Source: Tubiluchus corallicola (lineage: Eukaryota; Animalia; Priapulida). Taken from it: a stretch of DNA of 64,000 bases. The notes under the pieces are model-generated. The model ran no database searches. It saw only the letters and a list, made by a program, of their open reading frames with translations, and was not told the origin of the DNA. The position numbers and the translations under genes were made by a program. Where the stretch lies: assembly GCA_030141605.1 (NCBI GenBank), contig JAQGDQ010000606.1:65895-129894 (forward strand), read 5' to 3'. Positions 1-61,045 of this stretch are shown piece after piece (the first letter of the stretch is position 1; every line of letters begins with the position of its first letter).

Positions 1-424
1 TGGTGAAAGGGCGGCGAAAAACTAAAAGTTACCAAAGTCAACCACCCTGTAAGTAACGTTGCTATTAGTAATATGCGCAATTATCTTGACGAAGATTTCA
101 GAATAAGGTGTGTAAAACTATTGAGATTAAGTTTAAATTTGAACATAAATACCATAAAGGCATAATAAATACATATAATGTTGATATTCTAAGCAATGTG
201 TAAATTTATGCAGACAGAATTGCCTTACCTCTTTAACTTTCATTTACACGTTAGTACTGAATATGGGACGTTTCCAATAAGGCATCTAGATAGTCATGAG
301 GCCTCTATCTGCTGTAAAATTACATTATAATGAATAGTACTAATTGTTACATATATATATATATATATACAAGTACATATACATACATATGCATATATTA
401 TATACCTAATTGGATATTTACAGT

Positions 425-590
425 AAAATATAGTCCACATCATCATGTAGCCCTGTTCTTCCTCTTTCGAAAGAGCCGTATATCTCCTTCCGAGAGTCCC
501 ACCAGGCGCCGCTAGAAGGTTTTTCCCGCATGTTTGGTTAAAATTTCGAAAAAATCGCGAGTTGGGTCCGGGAAAACGCCCGTTGCGGGG
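425..590 (+). repeat. Dispersed repeat, unclassified (other copies ~42908-43283 + and ~49440-49740 -)
   Basis: Shared core ttccgagagtcccaccaggcgccgctagaa...tttcgaaaaaatcgcgag...gaaaacgcccgttgcgg; (TA)n nearby at two copies. Confidence 0.7.
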
Positions 591-948
591 TGCCAAACTA
601 AATTTAAGTTAGGAATACTAATTTATAATTACTGATTTTGCGGTTTTAGTCAAAAGCAGATTAAATGTAATAATTAATTACACAATTAAAAAATGCAGAA
701 AAGAAAATATGGAAGAATCTAAAAATCCCAGACTCCGGTATGGAGAGATGGCCGGATGCTCATCAAGCACACACTGTGACTGCTTGGCTATTCTCATTCT
801 CTTTGTGCTATGCCTAAAACTCATCTACCATTTCCGCGAGACTTTACCAAGCCGTCTTCTTCCACGTTCAAAATTTCGGGAGCGGTCAAATCGATCGCTT
901 GCCATTTTTAGCAGTTCGAACGCCCCCGCTATTTCTTGCTCTTTTCAG

Positions 949-48142
<47,194 letters not shown>

Positions 48143-48232
48143 ACTTTCGATTCTGTTATTTTATCGAAACAATTCACGAAGAATTATTGGTTCGGCCTTT
48201 TCTTTTCCATTTGGTGACATCAAAGTGATGTT

Positions 48233-48732
48233 CAGGTGCACCCATGTTCCCCAAAACCTTGTTGACCCGGCAAAAGTACAGGTGCACCCATGTTCCCCAA
48301 AACCTTGTTGACCCGGCAAAAGTACAGGTGCACCCATGTTCCCCAAAACCTTGTTGACCCGGCAAAAGTACAGGTGCACCCATGTTCCCCAAAACCTTGT
48401 TGACCCGGCAAAAGTACAGGTGCACCCATGTTCCCCAAAACCTTGTTGACCCAGCAAAAGTACAGGTGCACCCATGTTCCCCAAAACCTTGTTGACCCGG
48501 CAAAAGTACAGGTGCACCCATGTTCCCCAAAACCTTGTTGACCCGGCAAAAGTACAGGTGCACCCATGTTCCCCAAAACCTTGTTGACCCGGCAAAAGTA
48601 CAGGTGCACCCATGTTCCCCAAAACCTTGTTGACCCGGCAAAAGTACAGGTGCACCCATGTTCCCCAAAACCTTGTTGACCCGGCAAAAGTACAGGTGCA
48701 CCCATGTTCCCCAAAACATTGTTGACCCGGCA
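48233..48732. repeat. 46-bp tandem array, ~11 copies, just after the LRRK2 stop
   Basis: caggtgcacc at 48233 and 48279. Confidence 0.95.
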
Positions 48733-48780
48733 ACGAGACGCAGAATGTGGTGCCCTATTGCCCATGCTAACAATGTATCC

Positions 48781-49263
48781 CAGGGGTGTGCAAATTGCGG
48801 CCCGCTGAGAGAATTTGTGCGGCCCGCGAAGAGATTTGTCAACCTAATGAAAGTGCGGCCCGGGCGATTAATTGAGTGTATCCAGCTGAAGTCCGTGCCA
48901 CGATCCCAAAGATAGTGCGGGTAGTTTTTTTCTACTAGATCGGATGCCATTAACCCTTACAAGACGGTTGTAGCTTAATGTCACTGTACTACACAGACTG
49001 TGTGATATACATTACTAATATACATTGTAATGAAATTACCACTATCTGTCCTGAAAGTAGAAATATATGGTTTGTAATATAAATTTTAATAACTTCTAAA
49101 ATAGCTTCTTGAGTGTAGTAGTAATCATGTACGCAGGTCGGATGCAAAAAAATCGTTATTAGGTCTTTCTGTACTTGGCTCCTTGATCAAACTGCCTGTG
49201 GCCCGCAGGAATTGCGGGAAAGTTTAATGTGGCCTGGCTAGTCAGGTAATTTGCACACCCCTG
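48781..49263. mobile_element. hAT (Charlie-like) MITE
   Basis: TIR CAGGGGTGTGCAAATT / AATTTGCACACCCCTG; 8-bp TSD ATGTATCC. Confidence 0.92.
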
Positions 49264-50524
49264 ATGTATCCGGTCACGTAAACGTAAAGTAACAGGTGGC
49301 TCCCCTTTTTGATTGCACACAGTAATAATAATCTTATAGTCGTCTTTTGGATGAACAATTAACATTGACTCAAAGATCTTTTTGCCAGCTGTAAATAACA
49401 ATTCAACAACCACATATAAGAAGCTATTATTACCCCACTTTTACCCTAAATACCATGCACCATTTTTCGGCCATTTTTTGCAAAACTTATATCTCTAATT
49501 GCTGGAAAACGGGAATGGTGTAGTAGGCATTTCTAGATGTCGCAGGAGGACCATCGCGTCCCGCAACGGGCATTTTCCCGGACCCAACTCCCACTCCCAA
49601 CTCGCCCGACTCGAAATTTTGGTCGAACAGCCTGCAGAAGAAAAGTTCTAGCGTCGCCTGGTGGGACTCTTGAAAGGAGATATACGGCTCTTTAGAAAGA
49701 GGAAGAACAGGGCTACACGATGATGTCGGCTATATTTTAGGACACGTCCACCAAGAGGAGAGTCGACGAGTTAATTTCATTTTCTATTTTCGGCAATTTT
49801 CGCTTGGAAAACTGCTGACGCAAAGCCATTGTTTTGACGTCATTAATTATACTCTGTCTATAACCTTATAACTTTAATTCAGTAAAAGCTGCTGCTGGCT
49901 TTGTGTTACAAATGAGGACTATGCAGGATGTTCGTGCATTGTTGATTATAAGCGTCTTTCTACGCAAAATTTTTTGCCCTGCCTTTGCTAGTCTTAAGTA
50001 ATACTACCCAATCTTGATTACATCGTTTAGCCTCATTGTTTTCTTTAGTGAGGTTTTTTACTGTCTGAAAATTTTACAGCAAATAAATGAACTGATCTGT
50101 GTGACATCAAAATTAATCGCAATTGATTTCAGAACAACATGGTAAATTTAATTAATAGTGAGATTTAAATGTCTACTGCATTTCTTCATCTGTATGATAA
50201 AAATGTGATCAAAAGCAACATCTGTGATAATTATATTTATATAAAGTCATTTTTAAGTTGACTTCAGTTTTTAACATAATATAAACTACTTGAGTTATAG
50301 ACATGCAAGTTGTGATTAAAAGAACTTGGGCAAAGTGCTTATTTTCTCATGTTACTAGGTGGCACCACGTGTTGCATAATATCCCACAGCAATGTGTTTA
50401 TAATTATTCATCATGTGAGCCAGAAGCAAACGTATCGTTTTAGTGGCGCCCTCCGGTAACGTCAAAATGAATTATTTGAAGTGAAGAGGGCTTTATTTAT
50501 TATGTGCTTTCAGATTATCGTGTG

Positions 50525-51150
50525 ATTATTGTTATTATCATTAATATTGATCATGTTGTTGCTGTTGCTGTTGTTGCACACAGTTACAGTAGCTGCTACT
50601 GTCATGAAGACCATAATTTAACTGATTGTAGTGCCTGGCTACTATTTTTTCAAATTGATTTAAACACTGTCATTATTTTTATTTATCATTAATATTGATC
50701 ATGTTGTTGTTGTTGCTGCTGTTGCTATTGTTGCACACAGTTACAGTAGCTGTTATTGTTATGAAAAGACCATAATTTAACTGATTGTAGTGCCTGGCTA
50801 CTATTTTTTCAAATTGATTTAAACAGTGTCATTATTGTTATTATCATTAATATTGATCATGTTGTTATTGTTGCTGCTGTTGCTACTGTTGCACACAGTT
50901 ACAATAGCTGTTATTGTTATGAAAAGACCATAATTTAACTGAGTGTAGTGCCTGGCTACTATTTTTTCAAATTGATTTAAACAATGTCATTATTGTTATT
51001 ATCATTAATATTGATCATGTTGTTATTGTTGCTGCTGTTGCTACTGTTGCGCGCAGTTACAGTAGCTGTTATTGTCATGAAAAGACCATAATGTAACTGA
51101 TTGTAGTTACTGGCTACTATTTTTTCAAATTGACTTAAACAATGTCATTG
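50525..51150. repeat. ~155-bp tandem array, 4 copies
   Basis: Repeated atcattaatattgatcatgttgtt...gtgcctggctactattttttcaaattga. Confidence 0.85.
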
Positions 51151-52795
51151 CATTTGTATAAAATAAAGCTGTATGAATGAACAGATAAAACAATATACAT
51201 TTTGTTTTGATATTAATATTTTATTTATTTTGTGCACCAAGAAAATAGGCTATTTTATTGTGGACGGTGTATAAGAAAGATAAAAACATACACTCATACA
51301 TCACAATATCAAACGATGATAATCGCAACAGGAATTCTTCATTCACTGGACAGAACACAGGTAAGTGATTCCAAACATTAATAACAACGATAGAAAATTA
51401 AAAAATCTTAAACTGAGCCATCACCAGAATATACAATGAATCATTCACGATTTTAACATTTGCTATGTGTTATAGACAGAGTTTCACAGGACTCCAGATA
51501 AAGTTTGTTCTTGTGGTAATTGTACATCACTAATTACAATATGCACTATTGTAAACATATGACACACCAACACGTAAATATGAAGAAACGTAATCAGAAA
51601 ATGAATTTAAACGGTCACCTATCCCTTAGGCATGTTGTACATCGTTACACTGAGATATGCCTGTAGCAGCTCACGGTTATATGTGTGCTTGGAAAGCAAA
51701 ACCGCCCATAAGTCGGCACAGTTAAAACGAAGTTATGATGCTTCAAAGCAGAATGCACCAGAAATTTGGTCGTGTTAATTTTTTGTTTTTTACAAAAAAG
51801 AACAAATATATTGGACTTTTATATTCTAGCATCAAACTATCAAGAAAATGGTCACAAAACATTTGTACGGTTGCTAAGTGTTTTGCAGATACGCGACAAA
51901 AAACAATGGCTAACTTTAACAGTGCTTTTCTCAAGATTATGTTTTTCAGTGTGCAGCCTGCACCTCAACTTCAACGTGGATTATCTCAGCTTAGAAATAA
52001 CATAGAGCAATGAACTTGGTATCAAAATGATCCTCATGAAATGGAGATTCAGGATATGTGAACAACTAGAAAGGCTTAATTGTCGACTTATGGACGACTT
52101 TGCTACGCAAGCAGACATATTATGACATTCTTACTATAGGCTAATAAACCTACATTTAAAAAAATAAAAAATGCAGTAAACCCAAGCAAATGACATTAAA
52201 TTAAATGACACATCATAAGGTCTAGGGAACTGGTTGTTGCTTGAAGTAGCATTAAGCTGTCTTACTGCACTTGAGATAAAAGAATTTAGAATAGTATTAG
52301 TTTTACAATTAATTAAGACTTTCATACTGACCAGATTTCCGTTTTCCAAAATTTGATGTAAGAGGGTGGGATTGGTCATTAGGAAAATACATCATTTGAC
52401 TTTTGATGTTAATATATAGTAAATTAATATAGTTCTTCCATTTTGCAGTAAAGCGTCTATCGCGTGACACTTAAACGTCTGCATTTTTGGTATTTGTTGT
52501 GTTTCGTTTCGTATTTTACGGTCAGCAACGCATATTTTTATAAGTGATCTAAGGCAAACGATTTCCGGCATTGGGTGCTTTTTTGTCAGAGTTTCAGTTG
52601 ACCTTTTTCGTTGGCAAAACTTGAATAAAGTTGTATTTTTCTATTAAGTTAAAGCAATCTACTCGTAAGCTTAATTATACCCTGAACTCGTTAGTATTTT
52701 AAATAAAATCTGTTTTCTTTTGTTACCAAAAATTGACGTCAAGCCCTTCTACTGTTAAAAACTGTATATACACTGTAGAGTCTTCAGCTAAGAAG

Positions 52796-53228
52796 CAGGG
52801 CCGGAACTAGATGTGGCAAGCAGGGGGGGGGGGGCGCAAAAATTTTCTGGGGTGGCGAGGTATCCGAAGTGGTTAAATAATGGTTAAGCCAATTTTAACC
52901 CCTTTTATACTGCATGCAAGCCTATAATTAGCATATGTAGGACGGCGTAGCGGACAGAGCAATAATGAGAAAATTAACTCTCAGTTAACTTAATGTCATT
53001 AATGTGCCTCTAACTAAATTGTTATTTACAGAAATTTATAACACACAAATTTTAAGAAAATAATACACTGAAGCTACCAAACATTTTTTTTACCTAATTC
53101 TAATTCATATTGAAAACGATTACATGCGAACTGCAATTTTCACTGCAAAAAAATTATTTGTCCGATTTTGCAGGGGGAGGGGGCGCAAATTTTGACAGGG
53201 GGGGCGCTCCCCCCTAGTTCCGCCCCTG
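52796..53228. mobile_element. hAT MITE
   Basis: TIR CAGGG.CGGAACTAG / CTAGTTCCGCCCCTG; 8-bp TSD CTAAGAAG. Confidence 0.9.
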
Positions 53229-54598
53229 CTAAGAAGTTGTGTTTTTTGAAAACATGCACTCATGAAAGCCTGCTTATCAGTTGAAAATGAAATTTAGCAA
53301 AATGTTTTATACTGGCAAAGCAACCTTTTTCTTTTTTTCAGTTTCCAAATCTAAAGAAACTCTTAATTGGCACAATAATGTTGCATTATAAAATTTTTTG
53401 GTAGAATTACAGAAAATAAATTTCTCTATACGAGGCATGTAATTTTCGTTTCGACAATCTGTATATAACTACCTTATATAAAATGGGCAGCACAAACTGT
53501 ATGTGCTTTGTTAAACGAAAACCGGATGATTGATTAAACTCAATTTCATTTTAATTTACTGTCCAAAATGTACATTTTCTTGCCTATAAAAGTTAACAAT
53601 TGTTTCTTATATTTGAGTAATTAGCTTGGAAAGTTAATTAACGGCAGCAGAACACAGTTATTGCTTATGTCAGAAACTAACCACAGTTTGTGCAATGGCA
53701 GGCATCTTCCCTTGCGTGTCAAGCACATTTGCATAAATGTTACTGCTTAAACGCGTGATGTCACGAAAACAGGCTGTACGTAATATGACGTCAGAAACCA
53801 ACACTACAATATCACTGTATCGCCTTCTATTTGTCGGCCACGCAAATGTGACAAAAAGGCGCCTTGTGACTGAGCCGCGCGTAGCTTTGAAAGTTTAACA
53901 AAATTTGAGTGTCCAAGGTAATTATTATTTAATCTAAGCTTTGATTTAAAAACGTTATTGTAGTTTTCAATATTTTAGAGCCTACTTTATTCTGAACTAA
54001 TGTTTACACAATCATCCAGTCTTCGTTTAATAAATATAGTACACAAACTTGTTAATTTCTACCTTATCGTAATGAAGCTTCAATAAATGCAGAACGGAAT
54101 CTGCATCAAGGCTCAAGTAATACTGTATAAAATACGTACGTTTTAAAATGACACAAAAGGACGGAATAAGTATCACAATTAGGAATGCATTTTAGACTTT
54201 AACCTGTTACACATTTTTGGTAAAACTTATTTAAAAGAATTTGCATCAACCATTTCCAAAGCAAAACACAATCTAAAAAATTTGCGAAAATCTTACCATA
54301 CGGAAACGCGAGTAGGGCAATATGTTGTGCATTTTTACGTTTCAAAGATCATCTCATTAGTAACAAGAGCATGTTGATGATGTTAAGAGAGTTTTACTGA
54401 ATGTATTGAAACAGTACGGGGGACAATGCACGTAAAATTCATCAGAACATGTCTAATCGCTTCGAGTCGCTCGATTAATTCACGACAAGAAATTTCGTTC
54501 AGTTCATTCTGACACTCATGAACAAACCAAAATTGACAACTGGCAATATCAGCCGAAATGTTTCACGGTGCAATCGTACTGCAACGGTGCATGAATTG

Positions 54599-54990
54599 CA
54601 GGGATGAGAATGACAAATTTCAAAAAACTCTGAAACAAGTCAGCGGTTTAGGGGCCGCGTAAGCGAAACCAACTTGGATTCCAATTTTGCGAACATAGAG
54701 AGCCTCTAAGTGGACTTAAAATATGAGTACTGGCTGCTCCTATGCAAAAGTTTATAAAAACTGTCTGCAATTGACTCAAATAACTCCACACAATTGATTC
54801 TATATTTTTATACATAGAGACATGCACGTGGTTACACTGATGTACGTGATGTAAACAAAGTGACGGCCTGCCAACTAGCGGTCAGCTTGTGAAATAATGT
54901 ACTGGGTCCATAAAAATTTTCTCAACGAATTTACGCGATTTTCAAAAATGGCACTACTGGTTTTCCAAAAACTCGGAATTCTCATCCGTG
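54599..54990 (-). mobile_element. Family A, copy 5 (internally deleted, inverted)
   Basis: Reverse-complement body; 6-bp TSD GAATTG. Confidence 0.88.
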
Positions 54991-55201
54991 GAATTGTGCT
55001 GCCTTCGCCATTTTCCATTGCCAACATTTTTACTATGCACAATCATTGCACGGTGAAAATGTGATATTGATGAAATACAACAAGTAGAAGTACACAAACC
55101 CCAACCACACTGATCCAAAAGTAGCTTGGCCGTATATCAGTGACATTACTTGTAAAGCACTCACTGTTATCACACTAAAGTTGAATATTTTACGTTCGCT
55201 T

Positions 55202-55783
55202 CTACTTTCCGCTGTACTTCCGCGCCTGTATCATATCCTGTATCTCACCCGTCAGCCAATCTATCCCCTCCTGAAGTCCCTCCCCTGTCAGAGCATTACT
55301 TGCACAGATGTGCCAAGGTTTGTTAGCTATCCGTTCCAATCCCAACGCCGTCGACACCTTCACGCTAGACATCGCTTCCCGCATGTCCATCTTATTCGCA
55401 AAGAAGAGGACCGGTATTTGTCGCGAGGCGATGTCCTCGTGCTGAAGCAGCAGATCCAACTCCTCTTTTGCCACGACCATGCGCAGTTTGTCGCTTGAGT
55501 CTATCACAAATATGACACCTTGTGCTTCCTTGTAATAGTGCTCCCAGAGGTTGCGGTATCGTCCCTGACCGGACATGTCGAATGCGGTGAATCCGAGATT
55601 CTTTGACTGAAATTTTTCTACATTGAAACCGACTGTAGGCACAATATCTTGAGCGCGCATGTCAACCGGTTTAAGATGATCAATGATCGTACTTTTTCCA
55701 CTGTTATCTAAACCAATGACTAGAACCTGAACGTCTTTCTTTTTGATGCCTAGCCAGATCGAAAGTCTATCAAATAAACCCAT
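55202..55783 (-). CDS. ARL6: ADP-ribosylation factor-like 6 (BBS3), single coding exon, 193 aa
   Basis: MGLFDRL start; [52 protein letters not shown] are ARL6-diagnostic; the ORF is uninterrupted. Confidence 0.96.
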   Translation of the reverse strand: MGLFDRLSIWLGIKKKDVQVLVIGLDNSGKSTIIDHLKPVDMRAQDIVPTVGFNVEKFQSKNLGFTAFDMSGQGRYRNLWEHYYKEAQGVIFVIDSSDKLRMVVAKEELDLLLQHEDIASRQIPVLFFANKMDMREAMSSVKVSTALGLERIANKPWHICASNALTGEGLQEGIDWLTGEIQDMIQARKYSGK

Positions 55784-55991
55784 GACTTGAACAAGATGAG
55801 TGGACCAACGTGCTCCGAATGGTTTACGAACTCAGCTGAACGGATTACGAAAATAAAATAGTAAGGTCATAGTGAATGTCCTAGAAAAATTCAAAGTAAC
55901 AGACTGCATTATTTAATTAAAATATTAATTTTATGAAAACATATTTATTACTATTACCATATGCAATTATTGCGAAGTATAATGCGTTTTC

Positions 55992-56005
55992 GTCGTTATG
56001 ACAAC
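55992..56005. promoter_or_regulatory. RFX X-box upstream of ARL6
   Basis: GTCGTTATGACAAC fits GTHNYY-AT-RRNAAC; it lies ~210 bp upstream of the ATG of a ciliary BBS gene, a gene class known to be RFX-regulated. Confidence 0.7.
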
Positions 56006-57439
56006 ACTTATTACAATACATATAAAAATGACAGTTATCATGTGCCAAACTAAATTACACAATACGTGAAACATGCAGATTCATGACCTGATGTGATGAT
56101 TAAAAACAATGAGAATGATTCGTGGTCATAAATTTAATGGGTGCTCCTAGGTAAGGCTACATATCCCACAAAAATACCAATCACAACACTGGTTAATGCT
56201 ACTCAAACAAAACTGAGCGGAATTAATTTCATTTTTTTCTGCTCTAAGAAACCTTGTTATTGCAGTACTTTCAAGCAAATCATAAAAGTGACACTATTTC
56301 CTAGAAAAATGTACTGGTTGCACGGCAGGAACTGAAAATAAACTAACTACAAACACTACAATTACATGTAATTGTACGCTAGGCATTTTCATACACAGAC
56401 ATTCCAGTTTCTGACATTTTGTCAATAATTTTGTTGCTAAGGTAGTAGTGCTCCCTACCGGTCGTTTTTTAAACGAAACTGAAACACAAAACCACAGCTG
56501 TTTGCTAAACCAGATCAAAATCAAATCAACTACTTTTCTTGTTAACATTTCAAAAACAACGCGCAATTTACAAAAAAATGATCATAACAAGGACCTTAAA
56601 GCCAAATCTTTAAAAGATAACATAACAATCTTTTATTAATCTTGCAGTACACACACAAGCATAATACAACCAAATAATAATTTGAAAAATCAAATTTTTT
56701 TGAACAAAGGGTAAAATGTTATAACTCTGTGACATAGCATAGTGAGAAGACTTTATAAAATTGAAATTTATTTTTTTCTCCAATTTAAAAATGTACAGTA
56801 ACCACTTCCAGTCTATAAAGGAGCAACAGTTGAATAGTATACAGGCAAATAAAGCCTAATTGCTAGTAATTAGTGAAAAAGAGAGAAGATAGTGAGCCAA
56901 CCAAAAGGTCATCAAGTCAGCCATCCTTTTAATACATTAAAATTATATGATCACAGGCGGGTCGGGTGAGAAATGAGGCACAGACAATAAATTAATTTAA
57001 CCACCTTGATGGTTAAATCAAATTAGTAGTTTCTAAACAAAACCTGAGGTAACTAACACATAAATTTATGTATACTTGTAGTTAAGTTGCTAAATGAATG
57101 TTTGATTTAACAATATTACAATTTATACAGTGACAGAAAAAAGCACTAACTGTATCTAAAGGAATGATATGCGAACTTTTGAAATATTCTACATATTACC
57201 AAAACAAAAAGAAAATATAAATGACAACATTCATGAGTTTAGTGTTGTGTGGTAATTACTTAAAAAAAATAAACATATAAAAACTATATGGTTTTTACTA
57301 AAAAACAAAACTACTTTAGAATTTAGATTCAAAAATTTTTAGGTCTTAGAGTAAAAACTCTCATCTTGTACGAGTGCAATAAACTGAAAAAAGGATTTAC
57401 AGATTTAATCCAAGTCTCAAGTGTCTTCAACCAGACACA

Positions 57440-57920
57440 CTTATATGAAACACACATTCCATTCTAATGATTATTTTGTCAGTAATTTGCTCACTTAATC
57501 AGCACGGAACGAACTCTGTAATCAAACAAGCAATTTTACTTTGGAATTCTCTACCATTACAGGTTAAACAAATCAAGTCCCTATCAGCATTTAAAACAAA
57601 ATTAAAATCACTAGTTATTAACCAGATATGAAATACCATCACACCAGTACGACAACATACACACTAATTCAGAATTCATATATCCACGGCCATATTAATT
57701 AAATCACAGTTTTTTTCATTTTTTTGTGCATAGTTGTAAATATGTTTGATATTATTTGTCGTTACTTTCCATTACTGCACAGTAGTTTAGATTGCACTGA
57801 CGCATTTGCCTTTAGCAGTGTAAGTTTTTATTAGCTAACACTGATTGATCATCTCTGTAAAGTTTTTATCAGTGATTATCAATGTATTTTAATGGCAAAT
57901 AAAGATTATATATATATATA
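57440..57920 (+). mobile_element. LINE (L2/CR1/Crack-like) 3' fragment
   Basis: 57503-57631 reads HGTNSVIKQAILLWNSLPLQVKQIKSLSAFKTKLKSLVINQI*; AATAAA plus (TA)n tail at ~57900. Confidence 0.65.
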
Positions 57921-58083
57921 ATCTTGTCTATATATATATATATATATAGTATATGGAATCACCATACTGTGACTGTTCCGTACCTGATGCTTTTAATTTT
58001 CAAGAAAATAACTTCATCATTAAATTACATCCTGTGCATGTCTCCATTATGATCATGTCGTTCTAATGTCAAAATCGAACGTA

Positions 58084-58587
58084 CAGTCTAGCCTCGTTAT
58101 CTCGCCCCTCGTTATGCCGCCAAACTCGTCTCTCGCCATAGAAAGTACCAGGACGGATTTCCTGCTTTGATATTTAACTCGTTAAGTCGCCACCCTCGCT
58201 TCTCGCCCTTGCCACGTCATGCTAGGATGAGTGCTTATGTAAACTATATTCGTTATGTCGCCAAACAGACAAACTCAGAGGTGAATCGATCAATACATAT
58301 ACCGCGTGTCGATCAATATAACTGCGGTATGTAGACAATGCTGCTGTACTCGATAGACAGACATAATTAATCCAGTGTGTGTCTCACCAGGATTAGATTA
58401 GGAGTGCTGTGGTTGGTTAATGCGCAGCGAAATATATTTTATATGTACATAGAGGAACACTATGTTAATCAACTATTATGTATATACATATAGACTAACT
58501 TCGTTATATTCCCGTTATCTCGCCATACTCGTCTCTCGCCAAAAATTTGCCCTAGACGGACAGTGGCGAGATAACGAGGGTAGACTG
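58084..58587 (+). mobile_element. Tc1/pogo-type MITE family D, copy 1
   Basis: TA TSD; TIR CAGTCTA.CCTCGTTATCTCGCC. Confidence 0.9.
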
Positions 58588-59200
58588 TATTATAAAGCAA
58601 AACAAATTAAAAATGGCTAAATTTATTCCTAGACATTGGCAGTCATAGTGCTTACAATAATTTTCCGGTTATAATACTTGAGAGAGAAAAATTTAGCTAA
58701 TCATAAATGAATAATAGTACAAAAGTTCTAAAGTCAATTTTCGTAGCTACATAAACATGAGACTTTCTTTTATAAGCAAACAAACTGTAATTACAAACAG
58801 AAACAAACAAAAATCCACTGATTTCATTTGTTATACTTATAATTAGTTATAAAGTTCTTCTAGTAGTGTGAAACAATGCATATATATGTAATATAAACCT
58901 TCGAGTTTATGTATCAAAAATTATATACTTAGTAAATATAGTAACATGTAAATAATTACGTACATTCATAAATCTTTCTTTACAAATAATCTAAAAACTC
59001 AAAAAAATGAAGAAATGTATAAAAAGCCAGTGACAAAGAAACAGCCTCTATCATGGTAAATCTTACAAATAGAGTGTGGCCAGTATAGGAAATGCCAAAT
59101 ACAGGCAATAATTATTATGTAAAAATAATGCACAAATAACCAAACCCTCCTGATAAACTATTACTAACATGTTTGCCAAACAGACAATCATTACTGTTAC

Positions 59201-59569
59201 TGTTGTGTTTTGTTTCTCTCGGAAGGCTCGTAGAGAAAACCAGAAAACACTTCACCAGATTAAACTAGTTTATTAAGCGAGAATTCTACAACACAAAAGT
59301 ACGAAGGAACGCGAAATGTTTACACTAAACGTGAAAATCTGGAAAACGTTTAAGTGTATCTGAAAATACAAGTATACAAAAGAATGTGTAAGTGACGTCC
59401 ATGTGAATCCGTGTGTCTGTCTCAGTGGCCTGCTTTGCCTTATATAGAGTGCCCGAGAAACTTCTAGAAGTTTTGTTCCAGAACATTCTACACGGTAAGA
59501 CGATTATTCTAACGGAACATTCTACAATGTTTTATGTGATTCTAATAGATGCCAGCGATCTCCACAACA
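59201..59569 (-). mobile_element. Solo LTR
   Basis: TGTTGTG...CACAACA termini; 5-bp TSD GTTAC; minus-strand TATATAA (~59443) upstream of AATAAA (~59272). Confidence 0.85.
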
Positions 59570-60177
59570 GTTACAAAGCTTTTATTTACTATTGAGTAAT
59601 ACTAATATGAACTATATAAACTTACTATGACGCATGGTTTGCAGAATACATTTCAAAATGTGTATACAAGTACGTGTATATAATACAACCGCTTTTGTCA
59701 CCACCTCCACAATTACTAATAAACTAAGAAAAGATTGTGTATCTTAAGCAAAAAAGTCATAAAAATATGAAGATCCATCACAAGCAAGTATCATGACAGC
59801 CTTGCAAACAGTGGTAGAATTAAAAACAAAGTTAAAATACAGATTTGAACACTTTTCCTAGTAAGAAAAACAGCCTGCCAAAATTGGCAGATGTAATGCC
59901 CACAGTAGATTCTTAGCAATAGCTCATATATTTACTAGCCATACAAAACATTGCTTAACTTTGTAACTGAGCATGCACAGGTGCATGTACGCACAGTAGG
60001 TAGCATGTATGCACAGTAGGTAGCATGTATGCACAGTAGGTAGCATGTATGCACAGTAGGTAGCATGTACGCACAGTAGGTAGCTATTCCCTACTGATTT
60101 TACATGAATTTTGTCATGATCAACTCCCAGGAAATGACAAAATGTGAGCAGTTTAATACCAAAACGTTTATTAAGTA

Positions 60178-60861
60178 CAGTCTAGCCTCGTTATCTCGCC
60201 CCTCGTTATGCCGCCAAACTCATCTCTCGCCATAGAAAGTACCAGGACAGATTTCCTGCCTTGATATTTACCTCGTTAAGTCGCCACCCTCGCTTCTCGC
60301 CCTCGCCACGTCATGTTAGGATGAGTGCTTATGTAAACTATATTCGTTATGTCGCCAAACAGACAAACTCAGAGGTGAATCGATCAATACATATACCGCG
60401 TGTCGATCAATATAACCGCGGTATGTAGACAATGCTGCTGTACTCGATAGACAGACATAATTAATCTAGTGTGTGTCTCACCAGGATTAGATTAGGAGTG
60501 CTGTGGTTGGTTAATGCACAGAGAAACTAAAGTGTCACCGATATCCTTACTCTATAACACCAAAGCTGTGAACATTTCTAAATCTTTTGCTAAGTTTATT
60601 GCATTTAAGTGTATACTCGAAAAAGGTTTTTTAAATAAAAAAGTAACATTCTAAGATTATTTTTATGACATTTTTTCATTTCTGATTTAATGTTGATTGG
60701 TATCATAATGCTAAATATATTTTATATGTACATAGAGGAACACTATGTTAATCAACTATTATGTATATACATATAGACTAACTTCGTTATATTCCCGTTA
60801 TCTCGCCTCTCGCCAAAAATTTGCCCTAGACAGACAGTGGCGAGATAACGAGGTTAGACTG
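60178..60861 (+). mobile_element. Tc1/pogo-type MITE family D, copy 2 (~190 bp extra internal segment)
   Basis: Near-identical to copy 1; TA TSD. Confidence 0.9.
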
Positions 60862-61045
60862 TAATACCTTTATTAAGTACATTAATGAATGTGTAAAAAA
60901 ATCAGGTTTTTACGTACTGTAAAACTTTCATGATTTTGCCATCTTGAAAACAGTTTCGTCATAAGAAATTACAACCGCAACTTCCACAAAGCTTACGCAC
61001 TTTCATTCACTTTAAGCACGAGGGAATCATTTAGCTATTTGCTTT

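Noticed and set aside
1-54. Possible upstream LRRK2 exon ending at CT|gtaagt (VKGRRKTKSYQSQPP)
   Set aside because: Joining it to 949 creates TGA and I found no compatible intermediate exon; not supportable from this window.
48161-48950. Three long minus-strand repeat ORFs
   Set aside because: Products of the 46-bp array, which is open in all three minus-strand frames.
55181-55498. 105-aa plus-strand ORF
   Set aside because: Antisense shadow of ARL6.
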